Positions 55,662 to 59,881 of a stretch of 59,881 bases of DNA are shown here, one piece after another (position 1 is the first letter of the stretch; every line of letters starts with the position of its first letter). Origin of the DNA: a virus (lineage: Duplodnaviria > Caudoviricetes); IMG/VR virus record IMGVR_UViG_3300046001_001163, positions 1-59,881 of that record. One strand, written 5' to 3'. Both the position numbers and the translations under genes were made by a program. Under the pieces are notes generated by a model. That model ran no database searches and was not told where the DNA came from. It saw only the letters and a program-made list of their open reading frames with translations.

Positions 55662-57878
55662 TTATAATCCTGCTTTAGTTAGTCTTGCGGTTAATTCTTC
55701 TATTGTTGCGAGTGCTTTTTGCAAAGACAGAACAGTTACTGCCAACACAGAACGATCATAGTAGCCCCAAGGCTTTCCTTCTTCGGGGGTAGGTGCTGCT
55801 TCTGGGCCAATGGCAGCGTTTACATTTTGAGCATAAAAACCTAGTTGCCTATCAGTACCAAATATGGGTGCTTTTTCATCGTTGTAGTACCAATATCCCG
55901 GTTCAAGATTTTTGAGCATGGAATCAGCATCAACGGGAACACCGTCTTTTATTTTCCAAGTTTCATCGGAAACAGAACTAATAACCCCTGCTGCTGAAAA
56001 TGTTGCTGCGCCTGCGCCATACGCAGACATAGTAACGATGCCGGAGGAGTTGATGCGCATGCGTTCTGATACAACTTCTGCTCCTCGTGTTGAAAATATT
56101 AAATTTCCATGTGCTCCTGAACCTGTAGCGTCCCAAGCACCTTTTATATTTGCTAAGATTTGACTATTTTGATATTGAAAATTTATAGACGGCCCGTAAT
56201 CTTTAATAAGAGAAGTGCTTCCTTGAATTGATAACGGAACAGAATTATCAGTTGCATTATATACAGTTAATTTAGTAGGCGCTGCTGTAGTCCCAATCCC
56301 CACGTTGCCGGAGGAGTCGATGCGCATGCGTTCTGCGTATGTATCGGTCGTTCTGTTGTAACCCAACCATGTAAAAGTACCTAAACCTGTTCCATTGCCG
56401 CCAGAATAGCAGCTTAACTCATAAGTACTACCACCTATATCTGTTCCAAAACCGGAAATAGCGTTAGAGTCGTTATATACATTTAGTTTTCTACCAAAAC
56501 CTGTACCTAGGTCTAATTTAGCGGCAGGATTAGTAGTCCCAATCCCCACGTTGCCGGAGGAGTCGATGCGCATGCGTTCTAAAAGAGATGCTCCACTATG
56601 TGTAGAAAATGACATTTGTGATTGAAAATTGGATGCGCTATTCTGAATAAAATCTATGGCTGTTTGCACATTATTTACATAGTTATACCCAGCAATCCGC
56701 AAAGAGGCTGCATCCACACCCGCACTGTTTTGAAAGCCAATTACGTTTGTAACAGCAGAGGCAGTTGCTGAAACTGATAATCCTAGTTTTCCGTATGAGC
56801 TTGGCGAGCTAGTCCCAATCCCCACGTTGCCGGATGGGTCGATACGCATACGTGGGGTAGCGTTAGTGCCAAAAATTACAGGAGCAGATGATCCAGTACC
56901 AATAGCAAGGCCACCAAGCGCTCCATAACCACCACCACCAGTGCCATCCACAAAAACTGCGTTGGCTGGTATATATCCAGTTGAGGCTCCAGCGTTATAG
57001 CCAATGCCGATACGATGAAAGTTTACCGCATCGCCATTTCGTACCATCATGCCAATGTTTGCACCAGAACCAGTGTCTTGTATTGTTAAACGGGTTTGTG
57101 GCGAATTAGTACCAATCCCCACGTTGCCGGAAGCATCTTTATAGACTTGACCTGAGCCAATGTTCAGTACACCTGTGGAGCCTGTGAGTGTGCCTGTATA
57201 ACTTAAATTAGTAAAGGCACCTGTAGTTGCAGTAGTAGCGCCAACTGTTCCGTTAATATTGATTGACGCAGTACCAGTCAAATTAGTAACTACACCTGAA
57301 GCAGGGGTTCCAAGTACAGGAGTTACCAATGTAGGTGAAGTAGCAAATACTGCACTACCAGAACCTGTTTCATCTGTAAGAGCAGTTGCTAATTGTAAAG
57401 AAGTAAAAGACCCTAAAGAAGTAGCATTACCTGTAGAGGTTATAGCCCCAGTAAGATTGGCGTTAGTAGTGACATTGCCAGCAGTTAAGCCAGAAGCAGT
57501 TCCAGTTATGTTAGTACCTACAAATGCAGCAGGAGTTCCAAGTCCTATAGCGTTACCGGAAGCATCTTTCCACAAGCCTTTTGAAGAAGGGTAGGTTACA
57601 AATACGTCTTTAATACCAGCAGTAAATGCTACTAACGCATCAGCATTGGAAGAAGATAAGACTGTGGTACGAGCAAGTGTAGTTCCTGAAGCCGTATAAG
57701 TTCCAATACCAACTTCCCAGTTAGCGCCACCTTGATCTGCTATACAGTAATACGTAGTGTTAGCGTTACCTACAACAGCAAAAGATTGAAAACCTGTAGT
57801 TGCGCCTAATAGAGTCGCCGTACCTGTACCCGTTACAGTAGTTGTCTCTTTTACCCGGTCATATAATGCGAGTGCCAT
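55662..57878 (-). CDS. Tail fibre protein 2 with C-terminal intramolecular chaperone (peptidase S74-like)
   Basis: DRVKETTT N-terminal anchor; repeated ERMRIDSSGNVGIGT junctions; SD...K...GFYAQNV...coiled-coil ICA pattern. Confidence 0.85.
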   Translation of the reverse strand: MALALYDRVKETTTVTGTGTATLLGATTGFQSFAVVGNANTTYYCIADQGGANWEVGIGTYTASGTTLARTTVLSSSNADALVAFTAGIKDVFVTYPSSKGLWKDASGNAIGLGTPAAFVGTNITGTASGLTAGNVTTNANLTGAITSTGNATSLGSFTSLQLATALTDETGSGSAVFATSPTLVTPVLGTPASGVVTNLTGTASININGTVGATTATTGAFTNLSYTGTLTGSTGVLNIGSGQVYKDASGNVGIGTNSPQTRLTIQDTGSGANIGMMVRNGDAVNFHRIGIGYNAGASTGYIPANAVFVDGTGGGGYGALGGLAIGTGSSAPVIFGTNATPRMRIDPSGNVGIGTSSPSSYGKLGLSVSATASAVTNVIGFQNSAGVDAASLRIAGYNYVNNVQTAIDFIQNSASNFQSQMSFSTHSGASLLERMRIDSSGNVGIGTTNPAAKLDLGTGFGRKLNVYNDSNAISGFGTDIGGSTYELSCYSGGNGTGLGTFTWLGYNRTTDTYAERMRIDSSGNVGIGTTAAPTKLTVYNATDNSVPLSIQGSTSLIKDYGPSINFQYQNSQILANIKGAWDATGSGAHGNLIFSTRGAEVVSERMRINSSGIVTMSAYGAGAATFSAAGVISSVSDETWKIKDGVPVDADSMLKNLEPGYWYYNDEKAPIFGTDRQLGFYAQNVNAAIGPEAAPTPEEGKPWGYYDRSVLAVTVLSLQKALATIEELTARLTKAGL
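56035..57131 (-). repeat. Five GC-rich junction repeats within tail fibre 2
   Basis: 56287-56334 and 56533-56580 identical over 48 bp; related copies at 56035-56067, 56810-56853 and 57107-57131. Confidence 0.9.
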
Positions 57879-58627
57879 TATATATTACTCCAAAGTTCAC
57901 GGGTCCAAGTATAACCTTTATGAGACTTACGTTCCCCATTAATGCATTTAATTATATTTGAGTGTTGTAATCCAGTTTCTAACATTTCTTTTTTTCCTAT
58001 GTATTTGACTACTTCGCCTGTGATGGTATTAGTTCCCACCCAAACCCAAGTGCGCCTAGCTGTATTACCAGTGGCGTAGCTGTTACCTTTAAATAAAGCA
58101 CTTGCGGTAGCTTTTTGTTTTTCCGATGAAGGTAATCCTTGTCGCCATTTATTACCTTTATGGAGGGCGCTTATTTTAGCTTTAAATTCTTCAGAATGGA
58201 TAGGCCCAACCCTAACTCCTTTATTCCAAGGAACTTGCCCAATATGACCAAGTCTATTATTTTCAATGTGCTTTTCTGTAGATTTAGCTCCTTTGTTCCA
58301 AGCAGGTTGCCCTATATGAGTAAGTCTATTTCTTTCAATTTGCTCTACTGTAGCTTTATACCCTGAAGTACCTTCCCCACCATCAGTTACGTTACATAAC
58401 TTAAATCCTTGTTCGCGATAGTGTTTTATTAATTCAATTTCTTTAGCAAAAGCATCTTGTTCAATATCAAATTCGGCTAGTATTTTTACTATTGGGGAAC
58501 CGTGTTTAGCCACCACGTTATTCCAATGCGTTCCCCGTTGATAAAACACATACGCTCGGTTTTTAAACCCTTTGCCTATATAAAATAAACGTCCCTCAAG
58601 GGTATAATGTGCATAAACATAAAACAT
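57878..58627 (-). CDS. GIY-YIG-like homing endonuclease with NUMOD3-type repeats
   Basis: FYVY...FYIGKG...R...E..LI...LCN.TDGGEG; repeated H.GQ.(A/P)WNKG units; C-terminal HTH ...RKSHKGYTW. Confidence 0.8.
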   Translation of the reverse strand: MFYVYAHYTLEGRLFYIGKGFKNRAYVFYQRGTHWNNVVAKHGSPIVKILAEFDIEQDAFAKEIELIKHYREQGFKLCNVTDGGEGTSGYKATVEQIERNRLTHIGQPAWNKGAKSTEKHIENNRLGHIGQVPWNKGVRVGPIHSEEFKAKISALHKGNKWRQGLPSSEKQKATASALFKGNSYATGNTARRTWVWVGTNTITGEVVKYIGKKEMLETGLQHSNIIKCINGERKSHKGYTWTRELWSNI

Positions 58628-58647
58628 ATACTTTAAATTATATATGG

Positions 58648-59211
58648 CTAGTTGGCGGTTGCGCTATAGCTGACACTAAGCGTATCGCCTGACGTTACAG
58701 TTTTAGACCCTGCAGTAAAGTCACCCGCACTGAATAAAGTGCCTGTAGTGTTGTCAATAGTAGCCGAACCCCCAATGTTAATAAAGCAACCCGCAATAGT
58801 ACCAGAGCCTGTCATTGTAAATACAACAGGAGTAGACGTAGCTTTAACCCCCGCAGATGCTGCGCCAAAGACTGGTGTTTTACGAGTACCCGAATACGTA
58901 GGAGCATTTGCTAATCCTACTTCTAACCATGTGTGTGACGCTTGAGTATCAGCTACATCAGCTGTACCTGTACCTTTAAGTCCCATAACAACAGCACCGC
59001 CAGCGGTGTTACCTAACACGGTGTCCATAGTAAAGTTCTTACCGACAGTAGTTACTAGATTGCCAATAACGTCAGCCCATTTAAGAACGCCAAATCTATC
59101 ATGGCATATTACTTCATAAGTTCCGTGTAGGCTCATAGACTCTTCATAACTTGCTCCACGATCTACTGAGGCAGAACAGCTATCACCTACATTTGTTTTT
59201 TCATTATGCAT
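58648..59211 (-). CDS. Virion structural protein (tail-associated)
   Basis: NLVTTVGKN...GTLFSA.DF...VTSGDTLSVSY; tail cluster context. Confidence 0.6.
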   Translation of the reverse strand: MHNEKTNVGDSCSASVDRGASYEESMSLHGTYEVICHDRFGVLKWADVIGNLVTTVGKNFTMDTVLGNTAGGAVVMGLKGTGTADVADTQASHTWLEVGLANAPTYSGTRKTPVFGAASAGVKATSTPVVFTMTGSGTIAGCFINIGGSATIDNTTGTLFSAGDFTAGSKTVTSGDTLSVSYSATAN

Positions 59212-59220
59212 TTTAATTCC

Positions 59221-59640
59221 TTAAGATATTCGTATAACAGCTGTTGTAGCTGTAGCTGGTGGGAAGGTAACTGTAAATGTACCTGATGCAGTCTTGTCTG
59301 AACCAAAGTCTAAAACAGCTACAGCGGCATTAGTTGTACTATTATATATTAAAGCTCCACGAGATAGGAAGCTAGATGCTGACCATGAGACGTTATTAAA
59401 TGATATGTAAGCTGTTGAGCCTGAACTAGCAGGTGCTATAGGTGTTAATACATTGCCCCCTGCGACATACCCTGTCCCAACTACTTCATTTAAAGTTGTA
59501 TAAACTAAAGTTGCCGCATTGAGGTCCGCATTAGCTGTATATAAAGCTATCTTATATACATAGGGTGTACCAACAGCAAAGTTCTCTAAGCCACTTAGCA
59601 GTTTTTGTTTAAAAATAGTAGTCTGACCTTGAACTATCAT
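59221..59640 (-). CDS. Virion structural protein (tail-associated)
   Basis: KIALYT...NEV.GTGY.AGG...GALIYN...VAVLDFGSDKT. Confidence 0.6.
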   Translation of the reverse strand: MIVQGQTTIFKQKLLSGLENFAVGTPYVYKIALYTANADLNAATLVYTTLNEVVGTGYVAGGNVLTPIAPASSGSTAYISFNNVSWSASSFLSRGALIYNSTTNAAVAVLDFGSDKTASGTFTVTFPPATATTAVIRIS

Positions 59641-59881
59641 AAGCTGCTATAAGGTAGTTTAGTTTGATTGTTTCTGTACGAGTCACCTCTCTCTAAACCA
59701 TCACCAAGACGTTTCAGTTGACCTAGGGCTTCTTGATACTTTTGTTCGTAGTACCCTACCATATCTGCTTCACCTTTCATAAAAATCATAGCTTCACGCA
59801 TAGCGCCGTATAACAATACAGGATCATAATTATCACCTAACCAACTGGTACCTGATGCGTTTGATATTGAGGTTACAGTTA
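59637..59881 (-). CDS. Head-tail adaptor/tail tubular protein A-like, 5' end outside the window
   Basis: Read by hand: ...TSWLGDNYDPVLLYGAMREAMIFMKGEADMVGYYEQKYQEALGQLK...; stop overlaps the next ATG. Confidence 0.6.
   Translation of the reverse strand, partial: TVTSISNASGTSWLGDNYDPVLLYGAMREAMIFMKGEADMVGYYEQKYQEALGQLKRLGDGLERGDSYRNNQTKLPYSSL

Noticed and set aside
56035-57131. Shufflon or invertible tail-fibre locus
   Set aside because: All repeats are direct and in frame within one ORF; no inverted silent cassettes and no invertase were found.
1-59881. Stop-codon reassignment, tRNA genes, integrase or attP
   Set aside because: Standard-code ORFs tile both blocks densely; no cloverleaf/T-loop signature or recombinase motif was recognised by eye. 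The part of the genome outside the window cannot be assessed.

Overview
The window is most of the genome of a tailed dsDNA bacteriophage, probably podovirus-like (P22-type portal, nozzle and ejection proteins; no tape measure, tube or sheath gene recognised). Embedded Rz/Rz1 spanins and sigma70-type promoters point to a Gram-negative host. Three blocks are visible. (1) 1-10853, minus strand: head and packaging (TerS, TerL, portal, GroES, scaffold, major capsid protein, decoration candidates, HNH). (2) About 11.1-36.0 kb, plus strand: early and replication genes (regulatory/origin-like non-coding region, DUF3150-like/MoxR-AAA/VWA module, many small ORFs, VRR-NUC, PolA, Cas4-like nuclease, SNF2 helicase, SSB candidate, primase-helicase). 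(3) 36.0-59.9 kb, minus strand: ejection proteins, tail, lysis genes and two tail fibres. I recognised no tRNA, rRNA, CRISPR array, integrase, reverse transcriptase or RNA polymerase. The main unexplained signals are: a GGACA-NN-TGTCC palindrome found seven times, only in the early region; a pseudoknotted leader next to a Shine-Dalgarno; a promoter-to-terminator non-coding leftward transcript with repeated motifs; GC-rich, nucleotide-conserved junction repeats in a tail fibre; and an xxxGG motif shared by the portal extension and ejection proteins. All product calls come from motif recognition by eye, not database searches.
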